Positions 1 to 13,048 of a DNA stretch of 64,000 bases are shown here, piece after piece. The translations under genes and the position numbers were made by a program. Each line of letters starts with the position of its first letter. Positions within the stretch are counted from its first letter, which is position 1. This DNA comes from Cystobasidiomycetes sp. EMM_F5 (lineage: Eukaryota), in the NCBI GenBank assembly GCA_051047955.1, contig JBPGPT010000019.1, forward strand, positions 124,001 to 188,000, read 5' to 3'. The notes under the pieces were generated by a model, which worked only from the letters and a program-made list of their open reading frames with translations, was not told where the DNA came from and searched no databases.

Positions 1-157
1 ACCTGCAGATCTTTGAAAGCAAGATCAACAGCGACGAGCAGACAGCCCCACAAATTTCATCAACGTCTAGGTGGCCAGTTCTTTCGACTTTCTTGGTGAA
101 AGGAGTGGAAACGGCTACCCAGACAAAGCACTTGGATACACACGCCAGTGGACCAGC

Positions 158-1161
158 ATGTTCTTTGCTGTGAGGGCTCTTGAGATGCCAGACAGTATTA
201 CATGAGCGAACGCATTGTTCGCTGACATGCGGTTTTGTACGTGCGTATTCCTCGCAAATATATGTATCGAAATGCTCCCCGGCCACTCTTTACGTAGAAG
301 GAGCTCTCGCACACCATCAACCTCCATCCGTCATACTTTGGACCGCAGACTGATCTATACCTCAAGAATAAACTGCATGCCGATGTCGAAGGGACATGTT
401 CTGGCCGACTTGGCTTCATAATTGCTGTTCTAGCCGTGCGCATCTGGAGTCTCCGCGCAGTATTACACATGATGCTGAAGACTATCTGGCTTGCTTTGTC
501 TCTCGCGTCGTCATGCAGGTTCTCAATGTCGGTGCAGGGACGATACAGCCCGGCACAGGCATGGCACAATTCATAGTCCAATACAGAGCCATCGTCTACA
601 AGCCCTTCAAGGATGAAGTAGTCGATGGCACAGTCACAACTGTCAACAAGGTTCGTAGTGTGCAGTCTCTGATAGCGAGACGTGTTTTGGGTAGCATTGA
701 CTCTTGTTCATAAACCCAGCTTGGGTTTTTTGTCGAAATTGGCCCTCTGAGCGCCTTTGTTGCGCACCAGGTATGTTCAACTTACAATACTTTGATGATT
801 ATCAAGCTCATTATTCGACACGACGGTAGTTGATACCAGCGGATTTACGGTTTGATCCAAATGCGAATCCGCCCTGTTTTAGCAGCAGCGAAGAGCAGAT
901 AACTATAGAACGCAATTCTAGAGTACGCTTAAAAATTGTGGGAACGCGAGTGGATGCTACCGAGATTGTAAGTCTATCCTAGCCAGGCAGCATACAACTT
1001 GTGCTGACGGTCAATGGTGCAATACCCTAGTTTGCGATAGGTGCGTTTTCGTGTCTTTCATGAATGTCCTCTACCGATATCGAGCAATTCTAACGTCTGC
1101 TTTGTATCTGCTTTCGCCAGGCTCCATTCGAGAGGATTATCTAGGGTTAATACAAGCGTGA
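158..1161 (+). CDS. RPB7: RNA polymerase II subunit Rpb7 (7 exons)
   Basis: Spliced translation [21 protein letters not shown]...[34 protein letters not shown]...[33 protein letters not shown]...|...[30 protein letters not shown]. All introns are GT-AG; includes a 10-nt exon at 1031-1040. Confidence 0.95.
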
Positions 1162-1651
1162 CGGAACTGCTGTATGATGCTGTACAACACACAAACAAAA
1201 AGCGCGAGAGAAGACGCGCATAGGGATGCCAATCGTTATTGCGCGACATCTACTTAGAGGGTCGCCAACATCAGTTCAGTCCGTAGTCGACATTTCCGAT
1301 GGGCATCTCGAGGCCTGGCCAGGCGGCCTTTAAGCAAGACCGGCTTCGGAGTTCTGCAATCGCGTTCTTTGGGTGGCATGTGAGCTCGAGTGCAGGCTGT
1401 ACGTAACATCCAGAACGCTGTCGCCGTGTTGTAGGAATACAACCCATGCGCAACCCGCGTAAAAGCGCTTGACTCTCCCGTAGATCTCTAGACTGTGCCC
1501 ACACTTGACAATTCGCACCGTCTCCGCCTTGTTTGCTTGGATTTCCCTTTTACTTGGCCATCATCGTTTGCCGTTTGCCACTTCCACGTCTTGCATTGGC
1601 TCGACACCAATATACATTTCCTGACTGCTGAGCTGTGAGGCTGCCCACAAT

Positions 1652-4600
1652 ATGCGCTGGTCGACGTCTGCGGGACGGTACAGGCCGCCGTCGCTGCAAT
1701 CTATACTGCCGTGGCTCTTTCTGCTGGCGCTGCGTCAGTTTGGACTGCAGATTGCGCAGCTTGATGCGAAAAAGCTGAGACTTTCTGACGTTTTCAGAGC
1801 TGCTACACCAAGTACACGCTGCGGACAGCAAGCCAGACGTGGCCCATACGCTGTTCAAGAATCTCCCGACTCGCATAATCTACTTTGAGGATACGAGCGT
1901 AAGCGCGTTTAGGGTGTCTTCAAAGGCAGGCTGAAGAGAGTCTTATGTTCTATGATCCCACAGGTCATTCTATACCACGACGCAGCAGACAGAAACGTAT
2001 GGCGCTCAGAAGACGAGGGCAAGAGCTGGAAGCTCCTCGATGGGATTCCGCAAGGCGAGGCTTGGAGCGTCGTCGAGCATCCCTTCAATAGCAGAACAGT
2101 AGGCAACGCTTCTCTCACGAGTGGATGTCAAGGAAATGCTGACGTGCCTTCCTCGCAATCAGGCCTTTGTGCTGTCGAAAGGTACCAAACATTATAGAAC
2201 AATGAATCGCGGAGAGTCATGGCAGTCTTTCGAGGTTCCTGCTCCACCAGCAGTGCTTTCAGAGGTGCTGAGCTTCCATGCGTGCGTATACCCTCTCATT
2301 CTATAATCGGTAGCAAGACGCTGACTAGCTTGTCGATGAAAACAGGCAAAGCTGGGACTGGATACTATACGCAGGTCAAAGATGCGAGTCTATAGCAGGA
2401 TGGATAGGTAAAACATGCTATGATGAAGTAGGCTGAAAATGGTCGCACATGGCGTTAGAGAAGGACAGTAAGGCTGACAGCCGTGATTTGCCCTAGACGT
2501 ATGTCACCTTGGATGGCTTTGCCTCGACTCCGACAAAGATGCTCGAAGACACATCAAAGTGCCTATGGGCGCATGCAGCAAAGGAAGCGGCGTTGGACAT
2601 TCCGAAAGAGTTGATATACTGCGTGGCATACGAGATTGGGCCGACTAACGAGAAAGAGGAGAGCTTCTTGGAGAAGCTAGAGAAAATGGCCAGCTCTGGC
2701 GGTCTTCGGAGCGTTACAGACTCGCGACTCTACTCCAGCAAGGACTTCTTCAAGAATGATAAAACCTTTGTGGATATGGGTATTGGCAAAGGTGCTCGTG
2801 GTGTGGTAGGAGTCGGATCGGTCAAGGGATATATCGTTGCCGCTCTCAAACCAGGCCTCTTCGGATCCGAATCCAGCAAATCATCAGCTGGTCAGAATGG
2901 CGACGAGATGTTACTCTATGTCACCAGCGATGGCGCGACTTGGCACAAGGGCTTATTCCCACACGGTCATGGACTGCGTGAGAATGCATATACTATAGTC
3001 GAATCGACGAAACACTCCATCATGGTAGACGTGCTCACCGACCCAGCCGCTGCTAGCGGAACGCTGTTCAGCAGTGATTCAGAAGGGACAAACTACGTCA
3101 AGAGCCTCGAGCACACAAACAGAAATATTGCAGGAATCGTCGATTTCGAAAAATTAGAGGGCATCGAGGGTGTTGCGCTCGCCAACATCATTTCGAACGT
3201 GGAAGAGGTGGACGCGAGAACCGCCGGAAAGCGTTTACAGACAAAGATCACTTTGGATGACGGAGCAAGCTGGCAATTCCTGCAAGCACCTAGTGTCGAT
3301 CATAAAGGCAAAAACGTAAAATGTGATACGGATCATTCGTCCGTGTGCTCGCTACACCTTCAATCAGTCACGCAAGTCCGTAACTACGGCCGAGTCTTCT
3401 CATCGAGCGCGCCTGGAATCGTCATGGGCGTTGGGTCCATTGGTGAATATCTTCAGCCATACGACGAGTGCGATACTTTCATCTCAACAGATGCAGGGCA
3501 GACGTGGCGTATGGTAAAGGACGGAGCACACAAATATGAGTTTGGCGCTGTCGGCAGTATCCTTGTCATGGTAGACGACGAGGATGCGACAGACGAGATG
3601 CTCTATTCTTTCGATTTTGGCAAGACATGGAGCAAATTTGACTTTGGCGTGAAGTTACGAGCTAAATTACTCACCACCATTCCCGATTCGACTTCGCAAA
3701 AGTTCATGCTTCTCGGGACGCTTTCTCGAAAGAATCAAGGAGAGAATGACGAACGTCATGTCATTGTCCAGATTGACTTTGCTTCTCTCAAGAAACGTCA
3801 ATGCAAACAGGGTAGCAGCGACTTTGAGAAGTGGTATGCTCGCGTCATTAACGGCAAACCGGATTGTCTCATGGGGCACAAAGTAGGTTTCCTGACCTGG
3901 TGCGTTGTCCTTCAACGGCATCTGAATGATTGTCTCCAACAGCAATGGTTCATGAGGCGCAAGGAGGATGCGGATTGCATCGTTTCTGACCTCTTCAAGG
4001 AGCCTGTTGGGACAGAGGAAAACTGCAGATGTACTGATGAAGACTTCGAGTGGTGAGTCGGCTTCGAAGGTCAGCAAACAAAATCTGACTGTCAAATGCA
4101 GCGACTACAACTACGTACGCGACGGTGACGAGTGCGTCCTAGCTGGGCCACAACCGATTCCAGCGGGTGCTTGTCAGAAGGATGGAGACAAGTTTGAAGG
4201 GTCTTCAGGCTACCGTCTCATACCAGGTAACACTTGCGATCGTGCAAGGGGCATCAAAAAGGATGCAAAGAAACTCAAAGATTGCTCGGAAGGGCAGGCA
4301 GCACCAGGAAAGATCTCGCACCAACGCTTCGACTTCCCTGCTCAGATCACCGAGCACGCGTACTTTAGCGATTCAAAGACTATTCTGGCGTTCGCGAGCG
4401 ACAATACGGCGTGGCAGAGTGCAAACGAAGGCTTCAGCTGGGAACGTCTACAAAAAGACGAAGATTTCGTCGCTGTGGCGATGCACCCTTATGCTAAAGA
4501 TAGGGCATACCTCTTCACGCGCGGCAAGACAGTCTACTACACGACAGACAAGGGCGCGAATTGGGGCAAATTCCAGGCGCCTCTTGAACCAAATTCCCTT

Positions 4601-6807
4601 GGTATCCCTCTATTGGATTTCCACCCGACGCAGCCTGGCTGGCTTATCTGGACCGGCAGTAAAGACTGCTCGTCCACCACCTCGACCTCGTGTCACGCTA
4701 TTGCATATTATTCCCGCAACAATGGAGGATCGTGGAATGAGCTCGACTCCTACGTTCGCATCTGCTCGTGGGGACGCGACAAAAAGTTCAAGATTGACGA
4801 ACAGACCGTCTTTTGTGAAGCATACGCTCAAAAGACTGGTTCTCAGCGCAGCACGGATGTCGGCGCGCTCCAGTTTATAGTCGGAAAAAACTTCTTCAAG
4901 AAGAAGCAGGTCCTCTTCCCTTCGATCGTTGGCTTTGCTACGTTCGAAGAGTACATGGTGGTAGCGGAGGTATGACTTTCCATCCATTTGATCTTTGATC
5001 GAAAACTGAGTTGCATCAAACAGCTGGATCGAGAGACGGGATCTCTAGGATTGAAAGTATCGCTGAATGGCGAACTTTATGCAAACGGCCGTTTCCCGCC
5101 TGGCATGAAGTTGGAGAATCAAGCATACACCGTGCTCGAGTCCACAACTGATTCGATCTTCCTGCACGTTACTACACACAATGCGCCTGGCAGCGAGTGG
5201 GGCAGTCTATTCAAATCTAATAGCAATGGTATGGACGAAAATTCGGCTCGATATATAAGAGCTGACTCAGTTGACCTATGCCTAGGCACGTATTATGCAT
5301 TGTCACTTGAGCATGTAAACAGGAACGCGCGCGGTTATGTCGATTTCGAAAAGATGCTTGGACTGGATGGGATCGCTCTCATGAATGTCATCAGCAACCC
5401 AGACGATGCCGTCCTATCTGGCACCAAGAAGCTACAAACGCGAATTACGCATAATGATGGTCAGTGCTGATATACTGACTTGGAGATGTATGTGCTAAGT
5501 AATCAGATTCAGGCGGTATGTGGAAGCCAATCATGCCACCTTCCAAAGACTCGCTTGGTTCTGCGTTCTCATGCTCCGGCACTGCATGTTCACTACACAT
5601 ACATGGGTATACGGAAAGGCCTGACCCGAGGTCCACCTTCTCGAGTCCAACTGCCGTTGGCCTGATGGTGGGTGTCGGAAACGTCGGGACGGAACTTGCC
5701 GGATACACGGACAGCGACACCTTCGTCACGCGTGATGCTGGCTTCACGTGGGAAGAGATTCACAAAGATGCGCATCTCTGGGAATTCGGTGATCAGGGTT
5801 CCATCATCGTTATCGCCAATGACGAAGGACCGACGGATCGCGTCAGCTATACGCTCGATGAAGGCAAGACGTGGTCCGAATATATATTTAACGACAGGAT
5901 CCGCGTCAAGTCCATCGTTACGGTACCGCAGGATACTAGCCGCAAATTCATACTCATGGGGTATGCGCCGGACAAGCCCGATGGTACCGTCGCAATCCAT
6001 CTAGACTTTTCTCGCATAACAAACACGAAATGTCGGCTCGACTTGACCGACCAGAATAATGACGACTTTGAGCTGTGGTCACCAAGCGAAGAGCGAGAGG
6101 AACGATGTCTGTTTGGGAGGCAGACTCTGTACTATCGCCGTATTCGTGATAAGAATTGCTATATTGGAGAGGAACTACCGCAGCCACACAGTGTGCAGCG
6201 AAACTGTCTCTGTACCTCTGAAGACTTTGAATGGTAAGTCTTGTCAGGCGACCCGGACGTGACAATGGCTGAGTGATGGTTTTATGATTTCAGCGAATTC
6301 AACCATATTCGCAACGAAAAGGGCGAATGCGTTCTTATAGCTGGAGCGCAAGCTCTGGAAAGCGACAACGTCTGCGCATGGGGCCAAGAGTACTGGTACG
6401 AGCGCACAGCGTACCGAAAGGTCCCACATTCGACCTGTGAGGGAGGCCAAGCTTTACATCAAGGTCGACGCCACCTGTGCCCTGGCGCCCATGGCCATGG
6501 CTTCCTTTGGTGGTCAACGCTTCTGACAGTACCTGCGCTACTAGCAGGCCTGTTTGCATGCTGGTTCAACCGAAGACGCGCTGGACGGATACGACTGGGA
6601 GAAGCTGCCTTTGATCGGGATGGCACATGGCTCGACACGCTGCAGAGCGTACCCTTCTACCTCCTCGGGGTGGGAAGTGCCGCTTGGGCGTGGCTCAGCG
6701 AAGTTCGCATACCGTGGTTGTCGGACAAGTTTGCGCGAAGGCGTCCGAATGGGTATCGAGCAGTCTTGGACGACGATGCCGCTCTTCTCGGAGACTATGA
6801 CAACTGA
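1652..6807 (+). CDS. VPS10: Vacuolar protein sorting receptor Vps10 (sortilin family), multi-exon
   Basis: N-terminal hydrophobic signal. Two Vps10 domains with Asp-box (SxDxGxTW) repeats, VDFEKxxGxxG motifs and Cys-rich ends (CxCTxEDFE). Single TM ([22 protein letters not shown]). Cytosolic tail ends ...[12 protein letters not shown] with TGA at 6805-6807. Confidence 0.95.
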
Positions 6808-6924
6808 AGTGGGGAGGTAAAGCTTGCATCGAAGTACATTCGCAGTGCGCAAGTGCTGTTGTAACAACGTCAGACATTGTCAGTTGCAGTTCATCAGTCG
6901 TTAGTTTTGCAGCAATCCATCTCG

Positions 6925-9160
6925 ATGTCAAAGGATGTCCAGTCTGCTAAAATGACTGCTAAGCGACGTGGAAAGCAGCCCGAAGTAGCCGCAAATACGT
7001 CTAAACAGGTGGAAATGACTGCAGATATCGACGAGCAGTCTGGTGAGGCAGCTGAAAAGGTCAAGAAGCCCAAGACTGCGAGCAGCCAGCCAGCAGCCAA
7101 GGTCGACAAGGTGAAGCGTCGAAGGCTGCACGTAGCTGGATTGCCCGACATCAGTGAGCAGGAGGCAAAGGACAGGTTTAAAAGTTTCGGAAAGGTCGTC
7201 GGGGTCGATGGCCTGGGAAAGCTGGACGGCAACGGTGAGCCATGGTTCGAGTATGTTATGGCAGCTGTGGTACTCATTTGACCAGCTATCACTCCAGGTG
7301 CCCCGTTGCGTTACGCTTTCATCGATATCGAAACGACAAAAGCAAAGATTTCGCAATGTATGCATGATATTGGCTACGTACTGCCAGCACATTACTGATA
7401 GCCATTCACAGGTATGAACTTACTCAGCGGGTCTATCTGGAAAGGCTCCACATTGCGTATAGCCGAAGCTCGCCGTAGCAAACTAGACAAGTACGTCAGG
7501 ATAGCAAATGTACATCAAGGAGAAACGCAGCTGAACTGCTGTACAGATTGAATGCTGAGAGGAAGAAAGACTTTCGAGAGGCAGCTCGACTGGCTGCGGA
7601 TGAGGCCTCTACCCCACCCACCAAGCCCAAGAAGCGGAAACGAATGGATGGTACCGAAAATAGTCAAGCCGACCTGGTCAGCCTGGGCAACGTCAAGGAC
7701 CGTGCAGTAAGTGATGCGCAATATGTCACCTGCACTGGTTCCTATCTAACGCAAGTCGATAATAGGGCTGGAAATTGGATCCCATCACATCGACTCCTAT
7801 CTTTCCTTTGATTGTTCGTCCGGATAGACCGTTACCACCGGCCATTGAAGTACCGCAATCATCGGTAAGTGAGCCTGCATCCAAGAGCAAACCGAAAATG
7901 CTGTCGGCAGAAGACAAGAAAGCTCAAAAAGCTGTAGACAAGGCGGCGAGGAAAGCTGCCCGTAAAGCGGAAAAGATCTCTGCGTCAAATGTTGCTCCTA
8001 CGCGGGCAAGGCGTGTCAAGATCGATCCTATGAAGTGGCAGACTGCTCATCTGCGTGAAGATGCCCTCAACGATTCGCTCGCCGCAACGTCATTACGCAC
8101 TATGCAAACAGCCCCAGCAACGGACGAGCAGATGGATCAAGCTGTAATGTCTTCTTCCGGCGAGTCCTCTGAAGCTTCTGAAGTAGAGCCAGTCACCGAA
8201 GATGGTGTAGTGGGAGCCGAAACCGTCGACTTTGCTGCTGAGCGCAAAATGCACATGGCATTGCTTGAAAGTATGCTCGGTGTTCAGAACGTTGCACCAA
8301 TCGTAGCGAAGAACGAAGCCGCTCAGGTCGTATCGTCCTCGGAAGATGAGAGCGGTGAATCTGAAGCAGGCGAATCTGAAGCCGAATCTGCAGCAGCCGT
8401 GGCGGCCGTGGAAGCAGAGATACAGCAGGTGGAGGAAGAGCCGGATGAACAGACGAACGTCGATGTGATCGCGATAATGGACAACGAAGACGAAAGTTCC
8501 GATAATTCCGACAGCACGAACACCGTCCACGAGGACGGTGCAACTGAAGATGCCGTACCTGCCGTGGCTGAGCCAGCAGTTGAAACGCAGACCCATATTC
8601 AAATGCAACGCTTGACCGACATGTTCAAACCGCAAGAGGAGGGAGCTGCTTTCATGCTCGGAGATCTGCTGGAAGGTTACGAACTGGAAGACTTGCCAAT
8701 TCCCCAAACAACCTTTCAAGCTGATACATTTCCCTCAATTCCATCAGCGACTGTGCAGTATACCGAAGCACAAATCAAGGTGCCTGCATCACGGCAGAGC
8801 GGCGATCCGCACGAGCCTCTGTTCTTCCTATATCCAATGCCTGGTGATCTGGAACCAGATGGTCTGTTGGCTCGTCTCTCAGAGGAGAAGAGGAACAAGG
8901 TCTTGGAGAAGAGCTGGACTGGTACCAGCTCGTCGCGGCGGTTCAAGCGCACTCAGACTTTGTTGGTGGAGTATTGTTCCTTGCAGTGCAGGCAATTAGC
9001 TGATGATATGTACACCAGGGAGGAGATTACGACGCAGCACGAGGCGATGCGCAGAGTACTCAATGAGCAGGTTCGCAAGCGACACAGGGAAGCTGTCAAG
9101 CGAAAGAAGCGCGGAGGTTTCAAGGATGCGTCAGAGTTGGGTTTGCACTTGGATGATTGA
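6925..9160 (+). CDS. Nucleolar RRM protein, Nop8/NOL8-like
   Basis: N-terminal RRM split by introns (RLHVAGL...RFKSFGKV...|RYAFIDI...|MNLLSGSIWKGSTLRIAEAR), followed by acidic low-complexity regions and a basic C-terminus (RKRHREAVKRKKR). Confidence 0.7.
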
Positions 9161-9295
9161 GGTGGTCCTCTGGCAATCGAGTAATGCACCCAACGCGGGC
9201 ACCTAGTTGACGTTGTCCATGCGTGATTCGAGCAATTGTTTGGCCAACAGCGGTATCCAGCCTTTTGCAAGCTTCGTCTTCATCGCCATGCGCCA

Positions 9296-12200
9296 ATGTC
9301 CCAGTATGCCCCGTCGCGTCTCCGCAGCTCGCCCACCCTGTTTGATGCCTCCACGGACGACGCTGACGAGTCCTACGAGCTGACTTGTGCATCGCAGCCA
9401 GCATCCGAGCGCATGAGCGTCAATCGTCTGTTCATGCCGCAGGACATGCAGGCCGCCTTGAATGCTGCAGCGTCTCGCAGAGCATCCGAAGACGATGTCG
9501 ACAGCGACGACAGCAAAGACGAAGATAACATCCAACACGAGAAGCCCTTGTTCGGGTCTGAAGGTCGTCGGCGAGCAGCTCTGATCGGAGACGACGTCGA
9601 AGGCAGTCCGGCCTGGGCAAATCAGGGCAATGTCAAGCACAATGACACGCTAAAGGTATTCCGCACGTCTTTCCGGTCCTGTTCATGTCTTTGAAACTGA
9701 TTGCAATCACCGTACAAAGCGTCGACTGACGATTCCAACGATAACCATATTGTTTCTGGTCCTGATTGCGGCATTCTTCGCGGGACATTCCAAAGTCGTC
9801 ACCAAGAGCACGTACACCGGGAGAAAGAAGCTCATCTCCCTTGAGGACGTCATGTATGGCGTGTTTGGCAGCGATTCGACCAATATTGATTGGCTTGCCG
9901 AAGGTGAGTGCGCCGAGTCTTCTTTGGAATTATACACGCACTGATGCAATTGATTACACTCCCCGCAATTCTAGCCGGTGATGGCGTCTATTCGTACCGC
10001 TCCTCCGATGGGAGCATCATGCTGCACGACGTTGCAGCCAATACAAGCAGGATGCTCGCTAAACATGCAGATATCCGTGGCCCATACGGTGTCCAATTAG
10101 ACTGGAATACTTTCAGTGTCTCGCATGATCTTCGATACGTGCTCTTCTCCGCGGATCGTGATGGACTCTGGCGGTGGAGCAGCAGGAGCAATTTTTACAT
10201 TCACGACTTGGAAGCAGCAACGACGACCGCGCTTGTTGAGGCTACCAATCCGCCTCGGACTGCCATAGCCAAGTGGGCTCCTCAAGGACACGCTATCGCA
10301 TACGTAATGCAAAACGACTTGTACATCGCTTCGCCTGACAATCTTACAACGCCTATACGCATCACGCAAACCGGCAACGAAACAGTCTTCAACGGGATAA
10401 CTGATTGGGTGTACGAAGAGGAAGTCTTCAGCTCGGACTCTGCTGTATGGTGGAGCCCTGATGGGCGCAAGTTGGCATTCTTGTCATTCGACGAATCCGA
10501 AGTGCATCAATACAGCTTCCCTGTATACAATAAGGATCGCTTCTCGCCTGGTGCAGACTCTTATCCGCATAATACTGTGATGAGATACCCCAAGCCTGGC
10601 AGTGAGCCACCAACTAGTCCGCTAGATGTCTCTAACACTACTGTCCAACAGCACCCAATCCGAAAGTTACGTTACACGCCTTCGACTTCGATGCTTACGA
10701 CTTGACAAAGGCAGTCGAATCTTCAACCTATACCCTCGTCACATCCAGTCCGCTTGACGTCCACGACAGGCTTGTAGTAGAAATAGCCTGGGTAGGCGAC
10801 CGCGATCTCATCGTTCGCGAAACAGATCGTGCAGCTTCTCGCGAACGAGTTGCGCACTTCGACTTTGGCAAGGGTGCACCTGGAGAAGGCCAAATTACAA
10901 GAGACACCAATTGGGAGCAACGTGATGGCGGCTGGGCGGAAGCTGCGCAGACCATCCATAGTATCGACGCCTTTTCTCGGCATAGAAGTCGACAAGCGGG
11001 AGATATACCCTCCGGTTACCTCGATGTCGTTGCAAACAAGGCCGGATACTCGCACATAGCGTACTTCTCACCGGCAGATGCTGCCGAACCTGTCTTTCTG
11101 ACAAGTGGTCCTTGGGAGGTGGACGGTTCTATACACGCTGTTGACGTGAAGCGAAAGTTAATGTCAGCAGTAATCAACTCCAAGTCGATGCCGCGCTAAC
11201 ATTAGGCTTGTGCAGATATTTCATTGGTGCCAATCCATCTACAGAACGGCATGTCTACTCTGTCCCCATACCATCACAGTCTCAGTTGGAAGACTATCGA
11301 AAGGGTGGCCAACCCCCTTTGCCTATCGCTCTTACAGATACCAGCATGCCAGGCTATTACGATGCGTCCTTTAGTCCAGATGGTGGATTCTACTTGCTCA
11401 AGCAAAGGTCCGGCTTACCCTGGCAGAAATTAGTCAATATCAACAAAGGCAGTAAGTCCGACTTGCGTGCTATCAGTACTACATCGACTGACCTCGGCTC
11501 AACAGCGGCTGATTTGTTGCATGACAACGCACGATTGAATGCTACTCTGGGAGAATATCAAGTCCCTTTCACGACATACAGTGATATCAAAGTCAATAAC
11601 ATTTGTAAGTAATGGGACTTCGCAGGTTACTGGGGCACTCGTTGATATTGGTATGTAGCGGTCAACGTGGCCGAGATCACCCCTGCCAATCTTGACACCT
11701 CTGGCAACATGCAATATCCCGTCTTATTGCGTCCATACGGTGGACCAAGATCACAAACCGTTTCAAAGGCGTTCAAAGTGGATTTCGGCCACTACCTCGC
11801 CTCATCGCTCGGTTATATCGTCCTTGAGGTAGATGGAAGAGGTACAGGTTACCGCGGCCGTTCCTTTAGATCCGCAATCCGCAAAAACCTCGGAGAATTG
11901 GAAGCGGCCGATCAAATTGCGGTAGCTGAACAATGGGCGAAACTGCCATATGTAGATGCTTCGAGAATTGGTATACAAGGGTGGAGTTATGGTGGATACC
12001 TGACCTCCAAGGTCGTCGAAGCGAATTCTTCCGTCATTTCGTTGGGCATCGCTGTAGCACCGGTCACTGACTGGAGGTGAGTCCATTATGAAGGTCGATA
12101 ATGCGGGGTGCCAATCCAGTGCGGATTACAGGTACTACGACAGTATCTACAGCGAAAGATACATGGGAACTTTGGAAGGCAATCAAGAAGGCTACAGGAG

Positions 12201-12534
12201 ATCTGCGGTAACGCGTATGGACGGCTTCAAGCGGACTGCATTCATGCTGGCACATGGTTCTGGAGACGACAATGGTAAGCCTATCAAATCAAGAGGCGTT
12301 TATGACCTAATAGTGTCACGCGTTCCAGTACACTACCTCAACAGCGCCGCTCTGCTGGATCGCTTGACGTATTCTGGAGTACGCAACTACACCTTTCGAA
12401 TGTTTACGGACTCTGCGCACAGTATGGGTGTCAGGAATGCCTATCAGCAGTTGCACTATACCATGTCTGAGTTTCTCGTCGCCAATCTTGGGCGTGCTGA
12501 GCGGAGAAAGCATCATGCGGAACAGAGGAGGTGA
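9296..12534 (+). CDS. Type II membrane dipeptidyl aminopeptidase (S9B; Dap2/Ste13/DPP IV family)
   Basis: Cytosolic N-tail plus TM, DPPIV motif DWVYEEEV, catalytic GWSYGG, and HGSGDDN|VH and MFTDSAHS motifs. Confidence 0.93.
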
Positions 12535-13048
12535 GGGTGTAGGGTCAGCGTACGTGCAGTAACATTAATGTAGTGATAGTATCGGTCCGAGTAAGCGGCG
12601 TACAACCTGTTGTTGTCACTTTGGCTTACGAAATCTTGACATATCCGCGGACTCCGCAAACAAAACAAATAGCTCTTCGCGGCGAGACCAGAGCACTGAT
12701 CTTGTTGCATCGCTTCAAGCTCTCATGTCTTCTTACTTGTCGGCGCCAATCCGTTTTATCTCTTTCTCCTCCATTCGCGTGACACCCTTCGATAGGCTTA
12801 AACTATGAATCCAATCTCGGCTCCAACCGGGCTACGACTCATCTCGCTCTTCCTCCCACTGCTGCCGAGTCGAGTCGTCAGTCTATACGCTGACTTGCCT
12901 TCGGACATTGACTCGGGATAAATACGACTCACAATCTCCGTCCGAAGCCGCACTGCCGAGAGGTCGACGCGTTCAAAGGATTCCGCTGGACGATTTTGCG
13001 CCTTGGAACAGCGATTAATTGACGTCGAGTATCGATATTAACGCAGAA

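Noticed and set aside
1254..1563. Overlapping short minus-strand ORFs between RPB7 and VPS10 (e.g. ...WPGLEMPIGNVDYGLN)
   Set aside because: No consistent ATG-initiated spliced model and no recognisable family; may be UTR or promoter sequence.
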